Virus record (IMG/VR): IMGVR_UViG_3300048516_000008
Location: 1 to 41,418 of that record
Source: a virus
Lineage: Duplodnaviria; Caudoviricetes
Strand: one strand, 5' to 3'
DNA: 41,418 bases
Positions 10,040 through 20,078 of this stretch are shown here, piece by piece; position 1 is the stretch's first letter; every line of letters starts with the position of its first letter. The notes below the pieces were generated by a model that did not search any database, had not been told where the DNA came from, and saw only the letters and a program-made list of their open reading frames with translations. The translations under genes and the position numbers were made by a program.

Positions 10040-10543
10040 ATGAAAACTACCACGATTACCACCAACACCCGCCCGATCGATAGCTACTACACCCAAAATC
10101 TCGCAATAGTTGAGTCGATGTCTGTGAATAATATGACTTGGTTCCTCAAGAGTGCTGAAATTAAAGGACGCTCTAAAGCAACGACCCGCGCTCTTAAAAT
10201 CAATTTGATTATGACTGCTTATTATGGCTACCCTAAAGCCCCGATCGCGCCTACAGCCCCGATCGCGCCTAAAGCCCCCAAAGCAGCCAAAGCCCCCAAA
10301 GCTAAAAAAGCACCCGTAACGCGCGCTAGCCTCGCAAAAATCGCTAACGTTTATGGATGGGAAGTGCTAGGCAACGGGGATCAGTTCATTATTCGTCACG
10401 AACGCGCCCGCGCCGATCGCAACATGGCAACGGCTAAGTCCTTAACCGCGATCGCGAAAAAACTGAAAAGTATTATCAGTGAGTTTGAATGCCTGACAGT
10501 TGACAATCGCATCTCCGAGTTCTACGGCAAATATTACGCTTAA
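10040..10543 (+). CDS. Basic hypothetical protein with Pro/Ala/Lys-rich linker
   Basis: PKAPIAPTAPIAPKAPKAAKAPKAKKAP. Start moved to ATG 10040 after the promoter. Confidence 0.65.
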   Translation: MKTTTITTNTRPIDSYYTQNLAIVESMSVNNMTWFLKSAEIKGRSKATTRALKINLIMTAYYGYPKAPIAPTAPIAPKAPKAAKAPKAKKAPVTRASLAKIANVYGWEVLGNGDQFIIRHERARADRNMATAKSLTAIAKKLKSIISEFECLTVDNRISEFYGKYYA

Positions 10544-10654
10544 GCGCGATCGGGCGGGCGATCGCCCCGCTATTCCCAACACTGGGAATCTTCCGGGATT
10601 AATCGCGCTTAAGCGTAGTATATAATAGGGAGGACAAACAACGCGGGATCAATC

Positions 10655-11614
10655 ATGACGTTAACGCCGATCGCAGGTAACAGCCCAGTTAGAAGATTTG
10701 AATCCGGGGACGCTAATAGCGCGATCGTGCTAAACGTGCCAGCGCAAGGATTCCTAAACCAGACACTAGCTATAAGTCAGCAATTAGAGGCGATCGTGGC
10801 GACACAAACAACGATCGGGACGCGCTTAACACAGTTGGCAGACGCGATAAGTCTCAAAGACGGGGCGATCGCACTCAGGAATAATCTACAGTCTGACCGC
10901 AGCCAGTCGGCAACGGCAGACACTCAGGCATCAACAGTCGAGTCGGGGATCAATACATTAACGAGCATCTCTACAACAGAAGCCAATAGGGTCGCGGGGA
11001 TCAACACAAAGCTAGATTCTATTACTCCATCGACTTACCAGGCTTTTAACTCGAATTTAAGCGCGATCGGCGCTGCTGCTGCGAGTGCAAGCAATTACCT
11101 ATACAGCGATCCCAGTGCAGTTATCTCTTATGCTACGCCACAACTTAGTACAGGGACTAGGATTCGAGATGTTATCCTGCAGGCAACACTAGCAGCAAGC
11201 GCGGGATCACCTTCGATCGCGGGTGATGTTTGGGTTAACTTGCCCTTACTTCAAACACTCAACAATGCTAGCAACGTTGTGAGCTACAACAGCGCTACAC
11301 GCAATATCACGTTAAGTGCAGGGGAATACTCGATCGAGGGCTATATCGTAGCTACTAATACCCAGTTAGTGCAGATGTCATTATTGCAAGGTTCTACTCG
11401 ATACTTAGGATCTAGTGGTAAAGGTACTGACAATGCAGGGGTTATAGGGAGCGATCGCCTTAGCATCTACTCGCATCTAATGACATCATTTAGTATTAAT
11501 AGCACTCGTGTATACAACGCCCAAATATTCTTAAGTAGCGGCGCAATCATATCGAGTAGCTTAGGGGAAACAACGCCGTGGGCATTCTTGCGCGTTAGGC
11601 ACTATCAATCCTAA
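10655..11614 (+). CDS. Putative virion fibre/structural protein (coiled-coil N-half, beta-rich C-half)
   Basis: GGGAGG RBS; Ala/Ser/Thr-rich heptads, then ITLSAGEYSIEGY-type beta strands. Function inferred from composition only. Confidence 0.5.
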   Translation: MTLTPIAGNSPVRRFESGDANSAIVLNVPAQGFLNQTLAISQQLEAIVATQTTIGTRLTQLADAISLKDGAIALRNNLQSDRSQSATADTQASTVESGINTLTSISTTEANRVAGINTKLDSITPSTYQAFNSNLSAIGAAAASASNYLYSDPSAVISYATPQLSTGTRIRDVILQATLAASAGSPSIAGDVWVNLPLLQTLNNASNVVSYNSATRNITLSAGEYSIEGYIVATNTQLVQMSLLQGSTRYLGSSGKGTDNAGVIGSDRLSIYSHLMTSFSINSTRVYNAQIFLSSGAIISSSLGETTPWAFLRVRHYQS

Positions 11615-11637
11615 GATGCCTATAGGTAGGTTGTAGC

Positions 11638-12050
11638 GCGCGATCGTGCCTACACGCGCGCGCTAGGCATAGGTGCATGGCATGGCAAGGCATGGCATGG
11701 CATGGCAAGGCATGGCATGGCAAGGCATGGCATGGCATGGCTAAGGCATGGCTAAGGCAAGGCAAGGCATGGCTAAGGCAAGGCATGGCATGGCTAAGGC
11801 AAGGCATGGCATGGCTAAGGCAAGGCAAGGCATGGCATGGCATGGCTAAGGCATGGCTAAGGCATAGGCTCTAACGTGCGATCGTGCCTACACGCGCGCT
11901 AGGCATAGGTGCATGGCATAGGTGCATGGCATAGGTGCATGACATAGGTATTAGGTATTAGGTATTAGGTATAGGTATTAGGTATAGGTATTAGGTATAG
12001 GTGGCATAGGTGCAGGGTAGGGGAGGCATAGGTGTAGGGTAGGGTAGGCG
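11638..12050. repeat. Low-complexity tandem repeats (GCATG/GCAAG/GCTAAG, then GCATAGGTGCATG and TAGGTAT) bracketed by a duplicated GCGATCGTGCCTACACGCGCG..CTAGGCATAGGTGCATGG unit
   Basis: Directly visible; bracket copies at ~11640 and ~11878. Confidence 0.95.
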
Positions 12051-12072
12051 ATCGAAACCAGCAACTTAAAAT

Positions 12073-12282
12073 CAAGAAATATTATCAAGAAATATATTGT
12101 CAAGAAATATATTATCAAGAAATATATTATCAAGAAATATATTATCAAGAAATATATTATCAAGAAATATATTATCAAGAAATATATTATCAAGAAATAT
12201 TATCAAGAAATATTATCAAGAAATATTATCAAGAAATATTGTCAAGAAATATTGTCAAGAAATATAATATCAAGAAATATTA
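12073..12282. repeat. 15 tandem copies of CAAGAAATAT(AT)TAT (13/15-bp units)
   Basis: CAAGAA starts at 12073, 12086, 12101, 12116, 12131, 12146, 12161, 12176, 12191, 12204, 12217, 12230, 12243, 12256, 12271. Confidence 0.95.
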
Positions 12283-12748
12283 GCTTTGAGTTGCTATGTA
12301 GTACCCCAGACCCCCCCCCTCACTAGACCCCCTTCAGATTATTTCCTAATATCAACTTCAAAGTAGAAGCAAGTTTGAATATTATGATGAATGAAGTTTT
12401 AAAGCAAAACTTTGTTTAATGAAGTTTTGCAAGTTTTGCTAAAGTTTTGCTAAAGTTTCTTAAAGTTTCTTAAAGTTTTCTTGATTTGTCAAAATTAATC
12501 TTGATTATAAAACTTTGAAGCTAGCATCAAAATTCATTATAAATTTAGCTTGAAAAGTGCTACCCTAGCATACCCCCCTAGACCCCCCCTCTGAGCATTT
12601 TTTAAAACTAGGAAAATTTAACATACTGAAGCTACATTAAAGCAAAACAAAGCAAAAGTAAAAAAGCCAAAATGTTTAAAATATTTTTGATAAAAAACAT
12701 TGTCCAACTGTTAATGGTAGAGTCCGGTTGTTTCTGTAGCGTCCTATT

Positions 12749-12781
12749 AAAATGCAGCCAGAAGATATCCGGCTGCATTTT
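12749..12781. terminator. Rho-independent terminator, probably bidirectional
   Basis: AAAATGCAGCC-loop-GGCTGCATTTT just past the stop of the minus-strand gene at 12798. Confidence 0.7.
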
Positions 12782-12797
12782 ATTTAGCTGCGAGTGA

Positions 12798-13538
12798 CTA
12801 GATGAAAAAAAGCTTTGAAATTGCCTCTAAAACTTCAGGCTTATCGTAGTACCATTGACGAGTACCTGTCACAAGGTAAGGTTTTAGAAGGTCATGTGCT
12901 ACGGTCTCGCAAACTTGGGAATTAACGGGAAACAAGGCGATCGGAATTAAGAACGGATTGGTAGATCGATGATGACTCAAACGAACGTCCGGGTCGGAAG
13001 TAAAGCCAAGTTTAATGATCCGATTACCTATATCGCGCAACACGTAAACGTAACCATGTATTACCGGAATCCGATAGTCTATCTTAGGGACTTTCTCCAT
13101 TATTTGACGATTAGCTCTAATCGGTTCTGCGATCGGTTCTGTGGCGACGCTCTCGCAGCGTTCAGCACTAAGAGCAGCCGACAAATAAAGAACCCCAATA
13201 AACGGCATAGAAGCAACACGACTCGTTTTTTGGTGCGTAACATTTTTGCTATAGCTTGCCGATGTCTTAAACTCTGCCAATTTAGGGCAAGTCTCGATCG
13301 CCATGTCCCAAAAACGAGAAACATTGTTAGGTTTAGGTTGTTTGAGCAAAAAGGCGACAACTTGACCGAGCGGATATTGATAGCGATCGGGTGCTGTTGA
13401 CTGCTTTATTTTGCCAATTGCTACGGCGACCTTGAATTGTCCTGTTAGTGATTCGATGTCGGAGATCGAAACGCGAAAACCGTCTGCCACAATCTGCTGA
13501 TGTATTGTTACCATGTCCATCAGTGTTATGATATCCAT
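12798..13538 (-). CDS. Protein with C-terminal GIY-YIG (T5orf172-like) domain
   Basis: GYVYVLRD..IIKLGFTSDPDVRL..NP..ETVAH..QWY; has its own promoter and hairpin leader (13539-13640). Confidence 0.75.
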   Translation of the reverse strand: MDIITLMDMVTIHQQIVADGFRVSISDIESLTGQFKVAVAIGKIKQSTAPDRYQYPLGQVVAFLLKQPKPNNVSRFWDMAIETCPKLAEFKTSASYSKNVTHQKTSRVASMPFIGVLYLSAALSAERCESVATEPIAEPIRANRQIMEKVPKIDYRIPVIHGYVYVLRDIGNRIIKLGFTSDPDVRLSHHRSTNPFLIPIALFPVNSQVCETVAHDLLKPYLVTGTRQWYYDKPEVLEAISKLFFI

Positions 13539-13894
13539 AAGTCGAGTCCTGAGTAGGGTTGGCTTTGGGCGGGTAGTCTCTAGCTATCCGTCCTTATCAT
13601 TATACTATACTATTTTAACTTATCCGATAGATTTCCCTACTTTTGCCCCGATCGCCCTTAATTGGCTCTGCCTCCGGTGTCAGATTATGGGGATTTTAGG
13701 GTAATTTGACACTCTGTTCTTAAAATGGCTGTAATCGGCTCTGTGTATAGGTTTAAGGCTGTCACGGGAGGCTATATAGTATATAAATTATGACGTTTCC
13801 CGATGACTAACCCGATCGCCCGTCTCAGCTAACAAGTGCAGCGCAAACGATTCGGCTGAGGGCGATCGGGTGGCAAGTATTCCCAACAGTGGGA

Positions 13895-14746
13895 TTAATC
13901 TGTGAAGTGAACGCGGCAGCGGACAATGTTTGCCATCTGCACGGCGTTTTCGTGGGGAATAGCACCCTCAAAGTCGATAAACTCAATCACGTAGTCTTCA
14001 CGGAGTTTTAGCTTGTCTAAAGCGCGTTCTGAGAGGTAATCGCGGGTCAATTGGGAATCTTTGGTTAGATTGAAGTGCGATCGGATTTGCGCTGCGGTAA
14101 CTCCCCACATGGCTTGATAGAGTTGGTTGGTGCATTGGGCAATTATTTTTCCTAGTGGTAGATTCGTCTGAGTGTCGGGGCGATCGTACCAAGCTTTGAT
14201 TGAGTCCGTAAGTTCGCGGCGGGTAACTATTGTTGCCGATCGGATCTTTTTCCATCTTATTTGTAGCTCCTTTTCTGCCTGTTTAGCTTCCTCTGTGAGA
14301 GCCTTAAATTCGCCACTGAGAACTAATAGCAGCGTGTACCCCGCCCACGCTTCAAACTCTGAGCTAATCCAACTTGCTACCGAGATCGCGATTTGTGGAT
14401 GTCCGTATACCCCAGCATCGCCACCAATAGCGTCTCGTGTTTGTATTAGTAAACCTGATGTAATCCCAAAACCCAGGCAATCGTTGAAACCCGCATGGTT
14501 GTCCGGGGTGATTATAATCACCCCGGACGGGCTATAGGTTCCAGCCTCTAAAATTCTCAAGACAGCGTGAAAATAAGATAAGCGCTTCTTATCTTTCGTT
14601 AAGTAGTCTACCAAGCGCTTGCCACCTGCTTTGCACATCTGACTGAGGTTTACATACCCTTTGGGGATTGTTACGCCGTTAAGCACGGTCTCTGAAGATG
14701 TTTGCTCGATCGCCTTGCCATTGAAATTGTGTGGTATGATAGTCAT
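13895..14746 (-). CDS. KilA-N domain DNA-binding protein
   Basis: HNFNGKAI..GYVNLSQMCKAGGKRLVDYL..GVYGHPQIAISVASWISSEFEAW. Confidence 0.85.
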   Translation of the reverse strand: MTIIPHNFNGKAIEQTSSETVLNGVTIPKGYVNLSQMCKAGGKRLVDYLTKDKKRLSYFHAVLRILEAGTYSPSGVIIITPDNHAGFNDCLGFGITSGLLIQTRDAIGGDAGVYGHPQIAISVASWISSEFEAWAGYTLLLVLSGEFKALTEEAKQAEKELQIRWKKIRSATIVTRRELTDSIKAWYDRPDTQTNLPLGKIIAQCTNQLYQAMWGVTAAQIRSHFNLTKDSQLTRDYLSERALDKLKLREDYVIEFIDFEGAIPHENAVQMANIVRCRVHFTD

Positions 14747-14859
14747 TAGTTAGCCTCTTAGGTAGGTTAGCTCATGCACCGGAAGTCAGTAGCTTTGCGG
14801 TGCTATCTGTATTATAGCATAGCTTTAGTGGGATATCAGGAAAATAGTAGAAATCTTTT
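14744..14859 (-). promoter_or_regulatory. Conserved promoter + structured leader (copy 2)
   Basis: TGCTATAAT (14811-14819), gcaccg..cggtgc hairpin, GAGG RBS; matches copies 1 and 3. Confidence 0.75.
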
Positions 14860-15148
14860 AGGCGATCGCCCGCGCGATAATGGGGATATTAGGGCTATTT
14901 GACATCGAGTTTTTAAAATGGCTGCAATCGTTACTGTGTATAGGTTTAAGTCTGTCACAGAACGGTATATAGTATATAATATGACGTGTATCCTGTGACT
15001 TTCTCCCTTATTCTGTGACGGGGCGATCGGGCAAAAAAGCGCCGATCGCCCCAGCTAAAAATATTTTTTTATTTTTTGCGGATTTTGCAGAATGCTATGG
15101 TATAGTTAGATAGTTGGACAGAACCAAACAAACTAAGCGGATCTAAAC

Positions 15149-16186
15149 ATGACTAAGCAAACAGGATTTTTGACATTTCGGTTGGGCGTTCAGACCGTAT
15201 ACTGCAACCGCACCAAAGGCGGTTTATGGTTTACCGTTTCAAACGGTGAGCCTGTAAAAGTTGACGCGGTAAGCTTTCAAAGCAAACCGGGCGGGTTGCG
15301 AGGCTTGAATATCTATGAGGCTAATCGCGGCGGTAAAGACGGCTGGAAAGTCGGGTTATTGCTAGAAGATGAAAACAGCCAAGTTTACAAGTTCGAGACG
15401 GGATCAGGAACTAGCTTTGCACGGGGGATGTTGTGGGCGATCGCTAGCCTGAGTCCTGAGCAAGCGCAAAACGGACAAATCGGCATCAATCCGACACCAG
15501 CCGATCCTACAAAAACAAAATCGAGTAATCCCGGTAGTATTTTATACTGCAATATGCTGTGTGATGGTGTCGAGTTGCCGATCTTTATGGGAGAAGGGCG
15601 ACCGGACTGGCAACAAATAGCCCAGATAGCTTTAAGTAAAGCCAACGGATACGATTATCCGATCGCAGAGATCCCCGCATCTTGGGTATTCAGTGATGAT
15701 GAAGGCAAAAGTTCTAGCCAGCCATCAGTTGCCACTAAATCGGGATTTAGCGGTCAACCGACATCAGGCGGGCGATCGGGCGTAACTTACCCCAATACGC
15801 CGTTAAAGGCTCAAGAACCCGCTAAAGAACCCGCTAAAGAGTCGCCTGATGAATTGCTGGCGATTAAGTTTCTCAGTGGTCTTTACAGTGAGTTTATGCA
15901 AGCGATAGAAGCTGCCTACACTTCCAACGCGATCGCGATCGATAGCGGCCGATTGACTAAATTTTTAGAGCACGCAAAAGTCGGAAGCTTTGACGATTTA
16001 AGCAGCACCCGCAAGAATCAAGTCACGATTAGCCTAGCGATAGAGTTAATAAAAGTCAAAGCACCCGGTCATGACGCGATCGCGCTACTCGAAAAAATGC
16101 TGAATGTTTCCCCTCTGAATATAGAGCATTTTGATGCTGTAAATGCGATCGCGTCTAAAGCATTCTCGGAATTAATCCCGTTCTAA
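15149..16186 (+). CDS. Hypothetical protein, possible ssDNA-binding/recombination protein
   Basis: Beta-rich N-domain, S/G/P linker, C-terminal ..ELIPF resembling an SSB tip; has an early-type promoter. Confidence 0.5.
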   Translation: MTKQTGFLTFRLGVQTVYCNRTKGGLWFTVSNGEPVKVDAVSFQSKPGGLRGLNIYEANRGGKDGWKVGLLLEDENSQVYKFETGSGTSFARGMLWAIASLSPEQAQNGQIGINPTPADPTKTKSSNPGSILYCNMLCDGVELPIFMGEGRPDWQQIAQIALSKANGYDYPIAEIPASWVFSDDEGKSSSQPSVATKSGFSGQPTSGGRSGVTYPNTPLKAQEPAKEPAKESPDELLAIKFLSGLYSEFMQAIEAAYTSNAIAIDSGRLTKFLEHAKVGSFDDLSSTRKNQVTISLAIELIKVKAPGHDAIALLEKMLNVSPLNIEHFDAVNAIASKAFSELIPF

Positions 16187-16303
16187 TCCCATTGTTGGGA
16201 ATTAATTAATGCTGGGGCGATCGGGACTGAAATCTCGATCGCCTTTCTTGTATTTTTGTGTGCTAAGGTAGGAAATATAAATAATTAATCTCAGCTAAAA
16301 AGA

Positions 16304-16786
16304 ATGAGAAATAAAGATCCTTTTTTACGCAGGTTGCACCCAAAATTAACCGATGAGCAATGTTGCATGATGGTCGCAATGCGAGATGTGCTAGGCATCA
16401 AAGCAGCCGAAAATCACTTTAATATTCCTGCAAAAAAGCAGATTTCTCTCAGTGAGAAAGTGAAAACATCGCCGCATTTAGATGCGGTTTACTGGCAATA
16501 CAGAAATTCGATCGCAAAAAGGTGGATGAATCAATTGGGGGAGACCATGAGTGCAACACTTGCTAAAATCACTGAGACGATAGGGGAAGATGAGATTAAT
16601 TTGCTACAACTGCGAGAGCTTGTAAGGGCTGCTGAGGTATTAGGTGATATTTCCGTTAGCGCTACGGCGATCGCCCCGGAAGGGATAGAAATAGATGCTG
16701 TTAAGCATCAAATTATCGACGTGACAGACGACTCTGAGCAATATTTGCTACCAGCCAGCAAGGTACAAAACGATGCCTTTAGCTAA
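16304..16786 (+). CDS. Probable terminase small subunit
   Basis: Helical 160-aa ORF overlapping the start of the large subunit; call based on position. Confidence 0.55.
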   Translation: MRNKDPFLRRLHPKLTDEQCCMMVAMRDVLGIKAAENHFNIPAKKQISLSEKVKTSPHLDAVYWQYRNSIAKRWMNQLGETMSATLAKITETIGEDEINLLQLRELVRAAEVLGDISVSATAIAPEGIEIDAVKHQIIDVTDDSEQYLLPASKVQNDAFS

Positions 16787-18209
16787 AGCCTTGCAGCTAC
16801 GAAAAATGGCAGAAATTGCCAGAGGGAAGCGACAAAAGTTTGCAGATTTTCCAGCGCCGCATCCTAAGCAAGCGCTGGCACTCAAAAGTAAAGCAGAAGT
16901 CCTGCTATTCGGAGGCGGCGCGGGGCCCGGAAAGACTACATGGTTACTTTGGGATGCTGCTAAACATATTAACAATGGCATTTACAGCGCCGTTATCTTG
17001 CGTAGGACATACCCAGAGATATGCAACGAGGGCGGCTTGTGGGATGAGTCTCAGAGATGGTATCCTTTGAAGGGCGCGACGGCTCATCAGACGCGGTTAG
17101 AGTGGACGTTTCCCAGCGGTGCTACAATCAGATTCTCGCATTTACAGCACGAAAAAAACGTGAATAATTGGCAGGGCGCACAATTACCCTATGTAGGCTT
17201 TGATGAAGTTACGCATTTTACTAAAAAACAGTTTTTTTACTTACTTTCTAGGTTGCGATCGCCCCACGGTTTTGAGCCAAAAATGAGGGCAACTTGCAAT
17301 CCGGATGCCGATAGTTGGGTAGCAGAGTTAGTCGATTGGTGGATAGGTGCAGACGGCTATGCAGACCCCAAAAAAGCGGGGAAAATAAGGTTTTTTATAG
17401 TAGTTGATGATATTATCCTTTGGGGTGACACAAAGCAGGAATTAGAAATAAAATATCCGGGTTGCTTGCCTAAAAGCTTTACATTTATTGGTGCGACGGT
17501 AGAAGATAACCCGACCTTGCTAAAAGCAGATCCGGGTTATCTGGCAAACTTACAAGCTCAGAACTCAGTTGATCGAGATCGGCTCTTATATGGCAACTGG
17601 CACGTTAAAAAAGCAGAGTCTATGCTATTCGATGTCGAGGCTGTTGATGCTTGCGCGATCGGCAACTATGCTTCACCTGTTCACAATCGCCGCTATCTGT
17701 GGGGTATAGACCCCAACTATGGCGGGGATGATTACTTCACGGCTCAAGCTTGGGATATCTCCACAGTTCCCTATACTTTGGCTTATGAGTACCACAAAAA
17801 CAAAACCCCAGTGTCAACATCAATCAGGGCTTTAATTCCATTTATAAGGCGATATCCCCCGCTAATCATCGGAGTGGAAATTAACTCAGGCGGGAAAGTC
17901 ATAGCCGAAAACTTAGCCGAAAAAATGCCTGATATCCGCATACAAGGAATACTATCAACTAAGTCGAGTAAAATTATCAACACTGACAGATTAAAGCTAT
18001 TTGTAGAGGAAAAATCAATAAATTACCCTAAAAATTGGGAAGGTATAGAAGAGTTTAAAAAGTTTTCAAAAGACGATCGCCGCGCCGTCTCAGGGCATGA
18101 TGACACAGTGATGGCGGCGGCTAGCGCTTTTGCGTGTTTGGATTTGGTACACGCTAGAGATCCGATCGCCCCTAGTGTTGGTGTACAATTTACCCACGCT
18201 ACATTTTAG
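16773..18209 (+). CDS. terL: Terminase large subunit
   Basis: GGGAGPGKT Walker A, ILRRT, VGFDE Walker B, ATCNP, nuclease WGIDP and HDDTVMA. Confidence 0.95.
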   Translation: MPLAKALQLRKMAEIARGKRQKFADFPAPHPKQALALKSKAEVLLFGGGAGPGKTTWLLWDAAKHINNGIYSAVILRRTYPEICNEGGLWDESQRWYPLKGATAHQTRLEWTFPSGATIRFSHLQHEKNVNNWQGAQLPYVGFDEVTHFTKKQFFYLLSRLRSPHGFEPKMRATCNPDADSWVAELVDWWIGADGYADPKKAGKIRFFIVVDDIILWGDTKQELEIKYPGCLPKSFTFIGATVEDNPTLLKADPGYLANLQAQNSVDRDRLLYGNWHVKKAESMLFDVEAVDACAIGNYASPVHNRRYLWGIDPNYGGDDYFTAQAWDISTVPYTLAYEYHKNKTPVSTSIRALIPFIRRYPPLIIGVEINSGGKVIAENLAEKMPDIRIQGILSTKSSKIINTDRLKLFVEEKSINYPKNWEGIEEFKKFSKDDRRAVSGHDDTVMAAASAFACLDLVHARDPIAPSVGVQFTHATF

Positions 18210-18481
18210 AACTCAGCAGAAACTGAGTGAATAAAAAACTTTTCTTTACTATTGAAGACCGAGATTAACCGCCTGCGATCGTACTTGTCATCCCATACGA
18301 TCGTCGCAGTTCCCATTACCCGATCGACGGCGATCGACTCGATCGTCGCGCTACCCTGAGCAATTCCCACAAATACCCGATCGCCCGGCTTCAATTCCCA
18401 CGATTTGCGCTCCGGCAGGTATTCGCTGGAATCGTTCGGGGCGATCGGCTGAAACCATTTCTTTAAAAATCCTGATAACAT
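18206..18481 (-). CDS. Hypothetical protein (SH3-like beta pattern)
   Basis: 91-aa ORF converging on terL; LKPGDRVFV..ATIESI. Confidence 0.5.
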   Translation of the reverse strand: MLSGFLKKWFQPIAPNDSSEYLPERKSWELKPGDRVFVGIAQGSATIESIAVDRVMGTATIVWDDKYDRRRLISVFNSKEKFFIHSVSAEF

Positions 18482-18556
18482 GAGTTATAACCTGTATGTG
18501 TGATTACACCATACCATACTATATCGAGATTCCCAACACTGGGAATTATCACTATT

Positions 18557-19714
18557 ATGCAAACAGCAGCGCTTACTCCATTAGTATCTCTTATCAGTCA
18601 GAGTTTAGGCTACGGTGAGTCATCTTCCCACTGGTTTAAAAATGGCTGGTCTACCAGCACGTCGGGCGGTTACGGGAATAGAAGCAACTATTATGTTAAC
18701 GATTACGCAGCTATGCTTAAACAGCCGTGGATAGCCGCTGCGGCGAAGGTTCGGATTCTGTTGATGCTGTCATACTTGCAGGAATACTCGCACGAAGATC
18801 CCAAAATTCAGCAAGATATTTTAAAGCAAATTGAAGATTTGCCAGGCAGTTTCAAAACTCATCAAAGCAAGATTGCATCATCAATTTATTACGGCTTTTC
18901 AATTACTGAAAAATGGCACGAAGTCAGAGCAAGAAAAGCAGTGCTAGCGGGTTTGAATTGGGTTGATCCGCGGTTTATAAAATTTAAACTGAGAGACGAT
19001 TTAAGCTTAGAAACTAGGTTTAAAAAAGGTGAATTAGACATCGAATTAACCGATTTTTTACATATCAAAAATGAAGAGTGTTTTAATCTTGGGAATAATC
19101 CGGCGGGTGTTGCTACGCTAGAAAGAGCGATCCCATTTTGGGAGCAATACAGGTTAGTGATGCTTTCAATGGCGATCGCAGCGCAACGGCAAGCAACGCC
19201 GCTATTAGTTGGCAAAAGTAACGCCGGAACCGATGAAGCAGCAAAAGTTATGTTAGAAAAATTAGAAGAGGCTCGGAATAGTGGGGTGATGGTAATCGAC
19301 GCGCTTGATGAAATTTTGGCGATCGCGCAACAGACAGACGGCGCTTTTTTTGTGTCAGTTTTAAGACTACTCAGGCAAGGAATTTTGATGAGCTTTTTAA
19401 TACCTGAGACGATTTTAGGGCAAGGCGAATCCGGGTCGGGCGACTCGAATCTAAACAGCGGACACACTGAGATATTAAGAATGGCTAGCCGTACCGATGC
19501 GGGTATTTTTGGTGAGGAATTGGTAGAGCAATTAATCCGCCCTATCATCCAGTTTAATTATGGCGATATTGGGAATTGGGGTAAATTCCCATTAAGAATT
19601 GATGAACCGCGCGATCCTAACGGTTTGATTGCAGCGCTCCAAAAAACTGTTGAAAATTCGATCCTAGATGCTGAGACTGTCGGAAGTCGAATTGTAGAAC
19701 TAGCTGGCATTTAG
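18557..19714 (+). CDS. Portal protein (DUF935/Mu gp29-like)
   Basis: Follows terL; YYGFSITEKW, NPAGVATL, PLLVGK, ILGQ, EQLIRPIIQFNYG. Start moved to ATG 18557. Confidence 0.85.
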   Translation: MQTAALTPLVSLISQSLGYGESSSHWFKNGWSTSTSGGYGNRSNYYVNDYAAMLKQPWIAAAAKVRILLMLSYLQEYSHEDPKIQQDILKQIEDLPGSFKTHQSKIASSIYYGFSITEKWHEVRARKAVLAGLNWVDPRFIKFKLRDDLSLETRFKKGELDIELTDFLHIKNEECFNLGNNPAGVATLERAIPFWEQYRLVMLSMAIAAQRQATPLLVGKSNAGTDEAAKVMLEKLEEARNSGVMVIDALDEILAIAQQTDGAFFVSVLRLLRQGILMSFLIPETILGQGESGSGDSNLNSGHTEILRMASRTDAGIFGEELVEQLIRPIIQFNYGDIGNWGKFPLRIDEPRDPNGLIAALQKTVENSILDAETVGSRIVELAGI

Positions 19715-19843
19715 CGGGGCGATCGCCCGATCGCCCGACCTGTTTTGATATTGGGGTAAAATCGTTACACTGTATAGGTTTGAGGCTGTCACAGAACGTC
19801 ATATATTATATAAATATGACAGTATTCTGTGACAGATTTTTCG

Positions 19844-20077
19844 TTAAAACCAGAGGTCTCCTACTTGCTCTAAAGGGCGATCGGACTGAAAATTATCTGA
19901 GTGCGATCGGCGATGGTGCAAACTATGAACCGAGGCACTAGAGCAAACCTCTAGATTGTCGGGGCTATTGTCTTCTGGGATGCCGTTTAAATGATGCACA
20001 ACCTCTCCCCTTCTCAGTTTCCGGCAGATTGTACGTTCTGCTATGACGCGGTGCAAATACACAGTTTTATAGGGCAT
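19844..20077 (-). CDS. Small HNH endonuclease
   Basis: YLHRVIAE..VVHHLNGIPEDNSPDNLEVC..H..HH. Confidence 0.8.
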   Translation of the reverse strand: MPYKTVYLHRVIAERTICRKLRRGEVVHHLNGIPEDNSPDNLEVCSSASVHSLHHRRSHSDNFQSDRPLEQVGDLWF

Positions 20078-20078
20078 A

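Noticed and set aside
11595-12193. ORFs 11595-11843, 11677-11874 and 11978-12193
   Set aside because: They are translations of simple tandem repeats, with no RBS or promoter context.
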